Of a DNA stretch of 64,000 nucleotides, positions 1 through 12,977 are shown piece after piece. The translations under genes were made by a program, and so were the position numbers. Source of the DNA: Torpedo marmorata (Eukaryota); the NCBI GenBank assembly GCA_977017645.1, contig OZ360228.1, positions 84,630,001-84,694,000 on the forward strand, in the 5' to 3' direction. Each line of letters starts with the position of its first letter. Positions within the stretch are counted from its first letter, which is position 1. Below the pieces are notes generated by a model. The model ran no database searches. It was not told the origin of the DNA and was given only the letters and a program-made list of their open reading frames with translations.

Positions 1-57
1 GAAGGGAGGCAACCTGGTGGACTGTGGACCTTGCGGAGTTTGGAATGGGCAGGGAAG

Positions 58-450
58 AGGGTCGGTGGGACGGGGAGGGGAGAGTCAGTGGGACGGGCAG
101 GGAAGGGGAGGGCAGTTGGGATGGGGAGGGGAGGGCTGGCGGGATGGGGAGGGGAGGGCTGGCGGGATGGGGAGGGGAGGGCTGGCGGGATGGGGAGGGC
201 TGGCGGGATGGGGAGGGGAGGGCTGGCGGGATGGGGAGGGGAGGGCTGGCGGGATGGGGAGGGGAGGGCTGGCGGGATGGGGGGGGAGGGCTGGCGGCAT
301 GGGGAGGGGAGGGCTGGCGGCATGGGGAGGGGAGGGCTGGCGGCATGGGGAGGGGAGGGCTGGCGGCATGGGGAGGGGAGGGCTGGCGGCATGGGGAGGG
401 GAGGGCTGGCAGCATGGGGAGGGGAGGGCTGGCAGCATGGGGAGGGGGGG
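58..450 (+). repeat. G-rich minisatellite, 23-bp unit TGGGGAGGGGAGGGCTGGCGG(G/C)A
   Basis: More than a dozen tandem units, with a variant change part-way along; causes repetitive ORFs in all three + frames. Confidence 0.95.
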
Positions 451-761
451 CATTCATGGGCTTGCAGCAAGATCCAAGTGCCTGGGAAAAACGAGAACAG
501 AGCAGTGGCCAAAGTCCATGGTGGCGAGGATGATGGAGATGGTGAACACTGAAGATGTTGATAACACAGCTTTGCATAGAGGGACCTGAGGCAGAAAGGT
601 ACATCCTCTGGGAATTTTCACTGCTGGGCATAGGCGTATCTAGGGTATGGCAGCTTTGGCGTGTGCCCTGGGCGCCACTTGAAGGGGGGCACCACTGAGC
701 AGTTCTTCTGGTCCCGGCCACCTCCAGCCGCACGCACGGCAGGGGGCCTCCAAATGACTGC

Positions 762-1083
762 GGCCGGCCGAGCTGGGAGCTGAGTCAAAACTGCCGCTGT
801 CCCGGGGAGCAGCCAGGCGGGGAGGCGGCACTCAGGAAGCCGGACTACGCCGTCTTCAAGCTCAAGTACTTTATGTGTCTGCTGGTGGGCGTCACCTCCG
901 GAGTCTGGATCTGGTCGGGCAAGACGCTGGAGTCGTGGAGGGCCTTCTGCACTCGCTGTTGCTGGAGCAGCAAGGGGACAGGCGGCTCCACGTACAGCGA
1001 CACCAGCACCGGTTTGACCTGGAGATCAGGCACGACCAGCTCTATGTCTTACCCGAAGCAAAGTGCCGTTATCCCAAGTCTAA
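762..1083 (+). pseudogene. FZD8: Frizzled-8 3' fragment (ECL3, TM7, KTxxxW tail), 5'-truncated and frameshifted
   Basis: GRPSWELSQNCRC...KPDYAVFKLKYFMCLLVGVTSGVWIWSGKTLESWRAFCTRCCW...YSDTSTGLTWRSGTTSSMSYPKQ; removing one base at 1062-1063 restores (M/V)PLSQV-TAA, the FZD8 C-terminus. Confidence 0.92.
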
Positions 1084-1680
1084 CATCTCGACCAGACTTT
1101 CAACATCCACCCCCCCCCCACCAACCGAAGATTCGCGTCCAGCATCTTTATTAACATGTTAATGAACTTCTAATGGTATCCATTAGTCAGAAGTGAAGGA
1201 CTGACCAGAGCAATGTACCTGGCACTAATACTTCTAAATCTTAAAACAATTTGATATGCACAGGACAGCCACCAAATGTTAAATGTGGGAGGAAGAGAGA
1301 TTGCGTTGTGCACAAGAACAGGAACTTTTTAAACCTATCAGGAGTGTGTTTTCTGCTCATGCAATCCTCTTAATTGCTGGCATCTGCTAAAGTAACTTAA
1401 AACAGAGGGAAAAAAATGGCAAACGACATATCTTAACATTGGATGCATCAACTGGCCTTAAAATCGTGAATTTTTAAATATCCCATGTTATACGGGGTTC
1501 TTGCAAAAATCATATTTATATAATTATTTGTACTATGAACACAACTTGTAAATTGTGTACATAACAAATGTGTTTTTGAAGTATATACAGAGTATGTAAA
1601 TTTTTGTATTAAAAAAGTTTTGTGGTTGCTTCAGCCAGAGCAACAAATATTTGAAGCAATTATTCTATTTTGACAATAAA
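1084..1680 (+). other. Probable fzd8-derived 3'UTR
   Basis: AT-rich sequence after the restored stop, with TGTA motifs, ATTAAA (1608) and AATAAA (1675); no poly(A) tract follows. Confidence 0.6.
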
Positions 1681-2903
1681 ACAACTTTTGAATTGATCAC
1701 GTTTGCGAACACTCTCGGGGCTCTCATTTCTGCAGGAATCCTGTACGTTTTACTTGCGGGCAGCATGTCGAGGGATGTTGGTTTAGGAGAAAAACTATTT
1801 TGGTAATTGTTGAACTTTTTACCTGGCTGCCCAATAGCTGAGTACATAATTTCTTAAATGAGGGCCAATTCAATAGGGTTAGTCTGTGGGAGTGAGCCTT
1901 TTGAATCAAATAACTTTGATGTCCCATTTCCAAGCTTGAAGTACTCCCCCCACAACCACCATCTCTCTCTATCTCCCCCCCACCTTGGTTTGCAAGGCCA
2001 CCGGTCAACGTGCTGCCTGAAAATTAATTAAAAGAGCCATTTAGAGACTTAACTCGTTTAAACGGGGATACGAATTGTAACAGTTAGTGAGCATGAAGGA
2101 AAAGTAGAACAGTCTTTTAAACAGCTTTTTCTGTATTGTTGATCAGACTGCAAGCAGTAAGGCAGAGGCTCGGACATATAGAAATCCCCATGAATGCCCT
2201 ACAGGTGGTCCAGCTCACATAATCCCCCAATTTAAGGCGCTCTCCTTAGCAAGACAATTGCATTAGAAAGCCCTCTCTTTTTTGCTCCTAATTGAAGTGA
2301 TGGACAAGTATTATAGACTACAAGTTGTAAAAAAAAAAACTCCATGGCGATTGTCTGCACTATAGTGGCAAGGAGATAAACGGAATGGCAGCGTTGTTCA
2401 GGGAAGTGTATGCTCCTCATAAAAGGCCATTTTATTCCTTTAAGCAGTTTTGGCTGACATAAAAAGAAACTATGCCCAATACACATGCGGCCGGTCTTCA
2501 AAACTAGCCCAATTGTGCATGGAAATCGCCCAACTGGCAACTTTATTTGCGATTTTTTAATTGGGGGGGGGCGCAATTTCAGTGCTTGCCATAGGCGCTA
2601 TTTTACCTTGATACGCCACTGCTGCTGGGCTCTCCGACAGGAGTCCTGTTAGTTTTAGACCTGCAGTTGTGGTCAATGGTATTCAGTCACAGTAAAAATG
2701 ATAAAACACCAATAACCCATCTGATGTTACAAATGTGGTTCACACACTCTGGGCTGGGACCCAACATTCTGTTACACTTACAGACGGTAGACTAGTGATG
2801 GAATTTCACTCTCATATTCTGTAATATAGGGAGATACATTTTCCATTAACCGTGTACCTTGATTTACTTTAGGTACACAGTACATTGCTGACGGTAGACT
2901 CAC

Positions 2904-2995
2904 CTGTGGTAATGAATCTATGCTCTGACCATAAAGTCGCACTACTGTTTCTGAAGAACTAGATGTTGAAGAACTCAGTTCACGCACAATCAATC
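2904..2995 (-). CDS. FRMD6: FRMD6 coding exon 12 (penultimate; terminal exon outside window)
   Basis: (G)LIVRELSSSTSSSSETVVRLYGQSIDSLPQ; cag acceptor, GTGAGT donor; 92 nt. Confidence 0.94.
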
Positions 2996-3404
2996 CTGTG
3001 TCAAATGAAAGAGATGCTGTTAAATTATTGCAAAACTTCTGCAAACACGGGTTGGGCCGGTGGCTGAGGAACTACTGATTCATCCTCCACTAAGCTGTTT
3101 AGAAAAATTAAGAGAATAAAATAATGACATTTGCCAATACTCCAATGAATCAGAATCACGTTCAACAAAACTGAAAAATCCTCAACATCACAGGAGGCTT
3201 CTTGGGATGCAATGAAATACCTTGATTTGCATTGTCAATGTAAATTAATCTCACCACTACCAATTAAATTAGGAAACTCAACCTGATTTACGGTCTTGAT
3301 AGGACATTCAGCATTAAGGCCTAGAAACTGAAGAGCTGCGCCAAGTGAGAAATTCTTCCTGCCGTTATTTTTCATCTGCCTTGGTGATACTTTGTGATAT
3401 TCTT

Positions 3405-4240
3405 GTCTTCCATGCGACAATCTCTGTACATTCTATTAAAATCTACAAATTTGCTGATGACACCACAATTGTTGGCCAAATAACAGGTAAAAATGAGTCA
3501 GAATGCAGGATGGAGATAGAGGATCAGTTGTATGGTGCCAGGACAACAATCTCGCCCTCAACATCAGCAAGACCGAGGATCTTATTGTGAACATTAGGAA
3601 GGGGAAGCTGCGGGACCATGCACTGTCCTCATTGGCAGGAACAACGTGAAGAGGGTTAGTAGCTTCAAGTTCCTGGGAATCCACACATCGTAGGACCTCT
3701 CCTGGAGCCAGCACATCGAGGCAATTGTGAAGGCAGCACATCAACACCACTACTTTCTAAGAGGTCTAAGGAGATTTGGCATGTTGTTGAATACCCTACC
3801 ATACACCTTCTGGTGCATTGTGGGAAGTATACTGATTGGTTTCATCACAGCCTGGTTTGGAAATTCAGGAAAGCAGTCAACATTATAAAGAAACCCTGTC
3901 ACCCTGGTCACAATCTCTTCTTGCTGCTAACTTCAGATGAGGGTACAGAGTCTGAAGTCCAGCATCTCCAGGTTCAAGAACAGTTTTGTTTCAATCAGGT
4001 GCCTGAACCTCCTCGTACTGCCCTAACCATAACACTACTCTAGCACCACCAAAGTTCTCTCTGCATTATTGAAACAGCACCATTTTCTGCACTCTGCAAC
4101 TGTGAATATTTATATATCCTTTTATATTTATTATAATTTTTCTCTCATGGTGCATTATGTTAATTTAATTTCTATCTATTGTTTATTAATGTGTTTTATG
4201 GGCCTGTGTAGCTGCAGCAATCAAGTATATTGCATTGTTA
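3405..4240 (+). mobile_element. Rex1/Babar-type LINE, decayed 3' fragment
   Basis: IYKFADDTTIVGQI motif plus downstream RT C-terminal remnants with frameshifts. Confidence 0.8.
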
Positions 4241-5027
4241 ACAAACTAGGTGTTGAGATTTTATCAGAAAATTAAGGCTTATATATTTTATAACTGATCT
4301 AACCATTATTGTCAATGATCAGTATAACAATCACCAAACACAACCAGCTAGCTAATGATTTTGATCTGTCTTCTCCAATAATTTACTCTAACTCCCTCCA
4401 TTACTTTCCTTTTTGTTTCCTATTTTTTCTACCCCTTTGTTTCATCAGGTAGGAAATGTATCACTGTCCACAACACTCATGTGGTCACAATTCTGCTTTG
4501 ACATTTTGGTTTATTATTAATGCATAATTCCAGGAAGTTGCTTTGTAAATATAGTGTGGTCCACCATTTCATCTCATTCACCAATCTGGCCAGCAATTTC
4601 TGGAGCACTTTGTTACCCCAGTTGTGATCCCAGTTATTTTCCTACATGTTATCCATTTGTGTATGTGTGTGACAAATTGCCAAGAAAGTATACGTAAAAT
4701 ATTTCTGAAATCTAGAATCACCAAACTTGCAGTCATATCTGATAAAAATTGCCTTGAAATATCTTAAGACAACAAACTATTATAAAATGCACGATTAGAT
4801 GTAGACAAATTCTGGTGCCAGTGGTGCTCCAATCATGAGATGTCTGACCAGTTAATCAATGTATTATTTTTATTGCATTTGTTAAAGGAAGAACTACCTG
4901 TCAGAAACCAAGAAAACTCCTGCTCTTTTGATATTGAAACTCCATTTCACTATACAAGTGAACCACTGGAGTAGTCTTGTCCCTGTTCATTCATCAACTT
5001 TGAGGTAGTTAAATAAAGGGGTGTGGA

Positions 5028-5545
5028 AAACAAACTGCTAGAAGAACTCAGTGGGTTGAGCAGCTTCTGTGGAGGCAAAGAGATGGTTGACATTTCAGAA
5101 CTGAAAGTGCTGAGGGAAAATAGCCAGTGGAGAGAATTGAGAGAGAGGCATGACACAGCAGCTGCTAGATGATAGGTGGACCTGGATGGGGATGGGTGAT
5201 AGGACCCAGGTGGGGAGAGGGATGGGTGAATAATGAATTAGACGTAGGTCGCTGATAGGTGAAAGCATCAAACAAAATCAGCAGATCAGGAGCTGGTCAG
5301 TGGAGGGGGAGGGGCAGAGATAGAGGCTGGTTGGTGATAGGTGGAACCAGATAAGGGAGGGATGATAGGCAAGTGGATCCAGGTGGGGGAGGGCAATGAG
5401 TCTTGGTAATGAGGAATAGAAAAGGTAAACAAAGTGAGAGTGACCCTGGATCAACTGGCAGTTTTGGATTACCTGAAGTCGGAAAATTCAATGTTCATGC
5501 CATTGATCTGCAGGCTATCCAGGCGGAATATGGGGTGCTGTACGT
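5028..5545 (-). mobile_element. Penelope-like element 3' remnant
   Basis: Decayed GIY-YIG C-terminus and terminal sequence similar to the 25398-26260 copy. Confidence 0.65.
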
Positions 5546-5777
5546 CAGCTGGAATATTATCAGCCCAGCACTGGCTCCTACAGCAATGCTGGAAAAAAGA
5601 CATCTCAAACCACACTGAATTCAACTCAGGGTACCTGGTAGAACCCATTTATGCTCTTAGGCATAACAGTTCTGATGTTTTCAGGTTAAATTCATTTGTT
5701 TTATAATTGGCAATAAACAATCTAAAGATTTTCATTTCAATTTGTGCTGGCTTCTAGTATGGCATTAAAATGTGTCA

Positions 5778-6062
<285 letters not shown>

Positions 6063-6784
6063 TTACAATTTCACATGGAATTGGAGAAAGGGTCGCATTA
6101 TTTTCAGCCAAAGCCAGCACTGAAATTCACAATCAGCCTTTCATAATCCAGGCCATTAAATCTGAAAATGACAAACCCAAGATGAGTGGAAAGGAATGAT
6201 AATAATATACTTATTATTTGGGGTTAGTTTGTATTTTTATTACATTGACTCTCCTGAGAGAGGAGGTGTGAACACTTTTTCTAAACATTTCCCTTCCCTT
6301 TCCTGTGGAAGAGATTCTGACTGCCAAGCTAAGAACAAGCCACATATGGAATTGTTGATCCATAAATCGGGCTCCTGCCACCTTTTGCCAGCTGCCCACA
6401 GGGCAGGGTGTCAATATGTTATTTCCAGTTTTTATGGGTTGGTCAGCATTTCTTTTTCTTTAATATATAGCATTATGTTCTGATGCAATCATGCATAGTG
6501 TAGTAATCCTGAATTTCTAATAACATTCAACCATTTCGTCCAATATCATATGAAAAAGCAGCTGCTAAAATATTACAGACGTCCCTCCCTGAACAACGGG
6601 GTGCTTACAGAGGAGGAATTAATCTTTGGCCATGAGAAGCAAGTCACTAACTTCAAGGCAGCAAATAGATAGGGAAGTACACCCAGCGGCCAACATTCAC
6701 CCACAGGCTTAGCACCAGCAGCCAAAGACAAATTTCTCCTCCTGTATGGTATGAAAAGAGTGGTCTCTTTTCATTTGCTTTGAA

Positions 6785-7125
6785 CACAAGAACGTGGGAG
6801 CAGCAAGAGGCCACTGGGCCCTTCAAGTCTACCCCACCATTGAATATGATCATGACTGATTTATGCTGGCCTCAAGTCCTCTGCCATTTCTCCATTCCAT
6901 TCTATTCCTTGATCTATCAAATATTTATTTACTTTCACTTTAAAGACTTCCAATGATCCTTTAGAAGTATCATTTCAATTGTACAGTTCTCTGTTCTATG
7001 AACCACCTTAAACCATCCACTGAGGCAGAGAATTCCAGAGATTCACTGCCCTCTCTGAGAAGAAATTTTGACGTACCTCAGTTATAAATGACTGGCACCT
7101 TATCCTGTAGCTATGTCCCCTTGAT
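6785..7125 (-). mobile_element. CR1 LINE 3' fragment
   Basis: Similar to the CR1 3' end at 62672-62990. Confidence 0.7.
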
Positions 7126-7334
7126 AAGGTTTAGAAATTATTATACATCTTAGGCGATAAAGTGAACCTGGCATCAGACTGTCAAACAGGACAACAGGAC
7201 AAGAGCATCTTGGGGAGGGCAGGTTCAGGCCAAATGAAGGGAAGTTTAACTGGACAGGAAATGATGGAAATTATTTTGTGAAGGATGCTTGGAGCCTGAC
7301 AATATCTGCTGGATGAAATACTGCATGTATCTTC

Positions 7335-7622
7335 TCCTGGGGAAGTCTAGATTCATCGACACCCATTTTAGGGGCACACAAGGAAGAATTCCTTCTCTCA
7401 GAGAGGTGTGAATGTTTGGAATTCCCTATTCTGGAGAGCTCGCAAGCTGGGTGTTATACACGCAAGGCTGAAATGGATGGATTTTGAATTTTAAGGGATT
7501 CAAAGATATTGAGCGAATAGACAGTAAAATAGAGTTTAGGCCAAGGTCAAATCAGCTGCTAACTTATTGAATGGAGGAGTAGGCTCTAGGAGTTTGGAGA
7601 CTCACCCCTACTCCTGTTCTTG
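7335..7622 (+). mobile_element. CR1 LINE 3' fragment
   Basis: Decayed ORF2 end (NFxSQRxVNxWN-type) and 3'UTR. Confidence 0.65.
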
Positions 7623-8284
7623 TGAGAGCAAATTGATGGCATGAATTTCTTTATCTGACCAGTTTTGCAAAAATAACCCAAATCATCCAAGAAGCTTGAT
7701 AATGGAAGAAAAAGTACAAACACCGGAAATTTTAAACAAAGGTACAAAATGCCGGAAGCATGCAGCTTTTTCTTTTTATTGTCACTTTTTGAATTCTGAT
7801 AAAGAATCCTCTACCTGAATCCTCCATGACCCTGACAAACTGAGTGCTTCTGGCTTTTTCTAATTATTTTTGTTCTTGATGCATTTGTTTTCTTATTCTA
7901 CATTTTTGACATACCTTTGCATTTCATGAAATGCTTTGCAAAGGTTTCATTTTCTTTAAGGTATTTTATAACCTTCAGCATCAAATTCCCTGGCATTTGA
8001 ATAATCAAACAGTTTTCAATGGATTTTTTATAAAGTATTAGACTTCCGATAAAAAATACATGTAGTAAAAACATGATTGAACTGTAAAGGTCAGGCTATG
8101 ATCTCTGGGAATATGGCCTATAAATAATGTTCATATTCCAGAAACCAAACAATCTGGTTCTGCATAGTTTATGTATTTGTCTGAGAGTAAGGCTTAATCA
8201 GAAATATTTTATTGATAATGGAGGTGAGCTCCCAAGATCAAAATTGTAGGAGATGACTAAGGTTGAGGCAGGCAAGAAGAGTCC

Positions 8285-8658
8285 CTCCACCACCGGCGCG
8301 CAGTGGCTGCAGTGAATGCCACCGACAGATGCACCGCAGTTACTCACCTAGACTATTCTGACCGCTTCTCTCAAACCCACGATCTCTAGCACCAAGACGG
8401 ACAAAGGCTTCAGGCGCAAGGAGACGCCACCACCTGCAGGTTCCATCCAAGTCACACACCATCCTAACTTGGAAATATGTGGCTGGTCGTTCATTGTCTC
8501 TGGGCCTACATCCTATCCAACAGTACTGTAGGAGAACATTCACCAGAGGGTGTGCAGCAGTTCCGGATGCCGACTCAACATCACTACCTCACAAGCAATT
8601 CGGGATGGGCAATAAATGCTGGCCTTGCCAGTGATGGCCACATCCCTTGAATAAAAAA
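8285..8658 (+). mobile_element. CR1/L2-group LINE 3' fragment
   Basis: Ends gggcaataaatgctggccttgccag...cacatccc plus A-run, a LINE-type 3' terminus. Confidence 0.55.
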
Positions 8659-9959
8659 AGTGTTGAGATAAAGGTTATTGGCATGATATCAGCACAATTC
8701 AATTTAGAAGAGGGAGTGAAGTGATAGGTAACCTAATTTTAGCAATGACCAAACCACTAAAAAAGATGGCAATGATTACCTTTGCTACCCTTGTCTTTGG
8801 TTGCTAGCTTCAATAGTGACTACACAGAGCTCTGCCAAACCATGAACAACTTCTCTGGGATGGTGAAGCATGCTGGTGGAAAGTCATCAACCTGAAATGA
8901 TAACTCTGGACTGCTTTCCACCAACGCTGCCTGGCCTGCTCCAAAATTCTAACAGTGTAGCCCGCATTACGCCAAGAGTACATTGTGACTGTAACCTGAA
9001 CGACAATTAAATAGCTTATGGAAAATATCCCAAGGGACTTCACACAACTTCAATCAGCATCAGTTAAACAAGAACGTCTGGAGACCCTGTGATTGTAGTT
9101 CAATGCATAAAAGTGCTGGATAAACTCAGCAAGTCATGCAGAGCTCTTCATCAATCAGCGCCATTCAATTTTAAAGAGTGCAAAAGTGATTTTAATATGT
9201 GCAAATTACTGAAAAGGATGGAGATGATTACCTTTGCAAAGGAATGCTGAGCTCCAGAAGGCAGCAATTTAAGCAGCCTGACTAAATATTGAACAAAGTG
9301 GTAATCTAAAACAAGAGTAAACTGTAGAAAGGTTTAGGAAGCCAAGTTGGTTGAAGGAACGACCAATGATTGGGAAGAAGAGCATGAGGGTAGAAATGAC
9401 TTCTCCAACTAGGCCTGAAGGGTGGTGCAAGCACAAAGTGGAAAAGGAATTTGAACACGAGGTGAAGATCCTGATTTGGAGCTATCGAGAGACAATGGGT
9501 GGGGAAGACCAGGTACATAAAGTTTCGGCACAGCATTGCGGGCTGAAGGGCCTGTACTGCTGTAATGTTCTACAAAGGAGAAGTACAACAGAGTTGTGGA
9601 TGAGCTGAGGCTTGTGGGGAGTGGAGCATCCAAAGCCGACCAGGGGAACAATGGAATCGTCAGTGACTCCTGCCAATTCCCTTCCCTTGTTCTGACTCCC
9701 ATTTTCCTTCACCTTGTAAACACTTTCTTCATGTTAAAGGCACTATATAAATACAAGTATATCAAACACACAATATGAAATTTCAGTTCACAGCTTTCAG
9801 CTCAGATCTTTATATCTACTTAGATTTTTGCTGACATTCAGAGACATTTTGACATTGTTCATTGCATTTTGGCCCCTATTATTCCATTGAAAATAAAAAA
9901 TGAACGTAACATTTTCCTAACTTGAGAGTGCTGCAAATAACAAATTTCTGAACAGCAAT

Positions 9960-10230
9960 TACTGTTGAAAAGTAGAGAAATGCAGCAGACATTAGTGCAC
10001 AATCATGTTCCACAATCAGGAGGACCAGATGATCTGTTTTGTGATTATTGGTGAATTATTGGCTAGGACAAGTGATCACTCCCTCAGTGCTAATTGGAGC
10101 AATCATGTCATGTGATCCTTCACATTCATTTTAGAGATTGGTCTAACCTCTGACTGACTGAAGGCATCTCCACTAACTCCCTAGTACCGCAATGAAGAGT
10201 CAGCCTAGGTTGTACATAGAACACCAAGTA
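9960..10230 (-). mobile_element. Decayed Deu-domain SINE (SacSINE1/AmnSINE-like)
   Basis: Degenerate similarity to the recalled Deu core (gaccagatgatctgtttt...gtcagcctag). Confidence 0.5.
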
Positions 10231-11663
10231 GGTCAAGCTGCATTCAATGTATTCCATGCCTGCCCACTAAGATCCTCTTAACGATCCTCACTTGTGCAGA
10301 TAGTCACTTACTGCAGAGGCTCCAATTGCAAGGAGAAGCCATGAGAGTGCACCTGATATCACAAATACTATCTCCTACACACCAATTCATGGTGTAAGGG
10401 AGCTCAGTGGCTTCATTTAGTAATTACATCTGCATCTGAAACACTTGGCTATAGGGAAATGTCTTCACAATCTCACAGTAACCGGGAGCCAAATGCAGAT
10501 CTATGCCATTCACTGCAAAAACACCTGCAGATTACATTTCTCATGGGGCACAGCCACCTCAGCAACAGTCAGCTACGTCCTCACACCTGCCTTTGCCTTG
10601 CACAAGACATGTTGCAATGCCAACTTGCAGGGATACACTACAATTTATTTGGAATTGTACCCCTTTGTGTAATCATCTCAAACAGAATGACCTCTACCCA
10701 GCAGCCTTCAAGCACAAGGCTGAAACACAGACCCTTTCCTCTTGTCTGCCAGGCCTCTTTATAATTTGCTTATTAATTATGGCAAATTTTGAGTGGATGT
10801 GCTTTTGAAGCCTTTGCAAAGGTTTTGAAATGTATTGGCCTCTTACTCTGAGACCTCACATGAAGTACCCACTGCACCATCCATTTCCAAACTGGTTCTG
10901 CCACCAAGCTGAATCCCTGAACCCATTCAAAGCTTTTAAATGGACAAATAAAACTAAGCTGTCCCTTGGAAACATGTGGGGAAATAACACACTGGTCAGT
11001 CCAACCAGCTGTTCAAGAAGCCACCTCTTTCTGACTACACCCAACAAGTAATGGAAAGTCTATCTTGTTTTAAGAACAAGTGCTTATACCACACAAGTAT
11101 GTAACAAAAAATTACAAATTTATTCTTCAAAAAGTATATTGTTTCAAAAAAATAGTAAATCAGAAAGAATTGTCAATGGAATGCATCCATCAAGATCAAA
11201 GCTATTAATGTCCATCCTGACCCTCCACCACCCCATGATATTGAATGGGAGGGCTTTTGGCTGATTCCATCCATGGCCTCTCAGGCACCTCCTCCTTGCA
11301 CGAACTGCAGTGAATATTTCTGCAGATCAACCTTGCTTAACAAAGTGACTTGCCCCATAGTTTGTTCAAAGTGTAATGAAGCAAAAGGTGTTGTTCTTGC
11401 TCTGAAAACACTCCCTTAGGGATGTGCACTACAAGCAGAACAGAATATGTCATACCATTCTTGACAAATACAATCTTACAAAAGGCAAACTGTTTGACAT
11501 TCTATCTTTTCCATTCTCAAAGCAAAATGTCTGGCATGCAAAAGAAGCCATTATGTTTGCTGTCTTATTTTACTTGTTAATCATTTCTGTTTACACAGTA
11601 ATGACCGTGTTAGATAGCAATAACAAGTAAATGAAGCGGATGCAATGGTAGCTTGCAGTACTA

Positions 11664-12161
<498 letters not shown>

Positions 12162-12977
12162 CTAAATTTTAAATGGTAAATTAAACAGGCAATCAATTAA
12201 ATCTAAGAGCAACCACAGAGCTAAAATCCATTCAAGGTGTTCTGGTAGTATGCTTTTCTGAAGAACTTGAACGAACTCTGTGAAAAAGTAAAAGAAAAAT
12301 TCTAATTTAGCTGGTGGTCAGTGCTGCTGCAGTTCCGAAAGTGAATTTTAAGCACACTCTTGGAATACACAAATCTGCTCATTTTCTCAGCTCTGCGTAA
12401 ATACATCGACACTAAGAATGGTTATGTCTTCAAATAAAAATACTAACAAAGGCATTAAAATATTCAAAGGGCAGTGCAAAGGACAATATAAAACATGCTC
12501 TTATGAACATTTTTTTTCTTTTAATATGTACTTGGCCACCAATTGGCTGTAACAAAGATGAGGTTTGGAAAACACTTTAGAGAATTGTGTGAATCCCATG
12601 GCCAGGTTACAAAGTCTGAGCGATGAGCTTAATGGGAAATTTCAGTCTCTAAAATGACAGGTGGAAGCAGTGCCACGATGGAAGGAATTAGACACACAAT
12701 TGGGTTGGCTGAAGATATCAGCAGAGAGGCAGATGCAAGTTCGTGTAAATGCAAAGAATGCTACTTAGAGAACCACGTACCTGCAAGGTGAAAATAGGCA
12801 GAATAAAAATGATTAATATATGATGAGTATAATGGATGTTTGGTGGTCATCATGGACTTTGTGGGCTGAAGGGACTGTTTTCGTGTTCTATCCCTCTGTT
12901 TCACAGCAGTGGAGCAGGTAAGGTTGAGCCCCCTATAACCATCACCAAAGGTGGCTCAGTTCTATGTTAAGATCTGC

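Larger units (their letters stand above)
629..2621. mobile_element. Non-autonomous hAT-type DNA transposon carrying a captured fzd8 fragment
   Basis: Identical 8-bp TSD CTGCTGGG at 621-628 and 2622-2629; TIRs CATAGGCGTATCTAGG vs CAGTGGCGTATCAAGG (13/16); no transposase ORF seen. Confidence 0.85.

Noticed and set aside
17-589. Gly/Trp-rich ORFs in three + frames and a Pro-rich ORF on -
   Set aside because: Products of a stop-free 23-bp minisatellite, not a gene.
762-1154. Functional fzd8 gene nested in FRMD6
   Set aside because: Lacks the CRD and TM1-6, has a frameshift, and sits inside TIR/TSD boundaries.
762-1680. fzd8 processed (retro)pseudogene
   Set aside because: No poly(A) tract or retro-type TSD seen; hAT ends explain it better. 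FZD8 is intronless, so this is not fully excluded.
2778-2903. Read-through of the FRMD6 frame as an alternative C-terminus
   Set aside because: A strong GTGAGT donor lies at the conserved exon end, and the extension does not resemble FRMD6.
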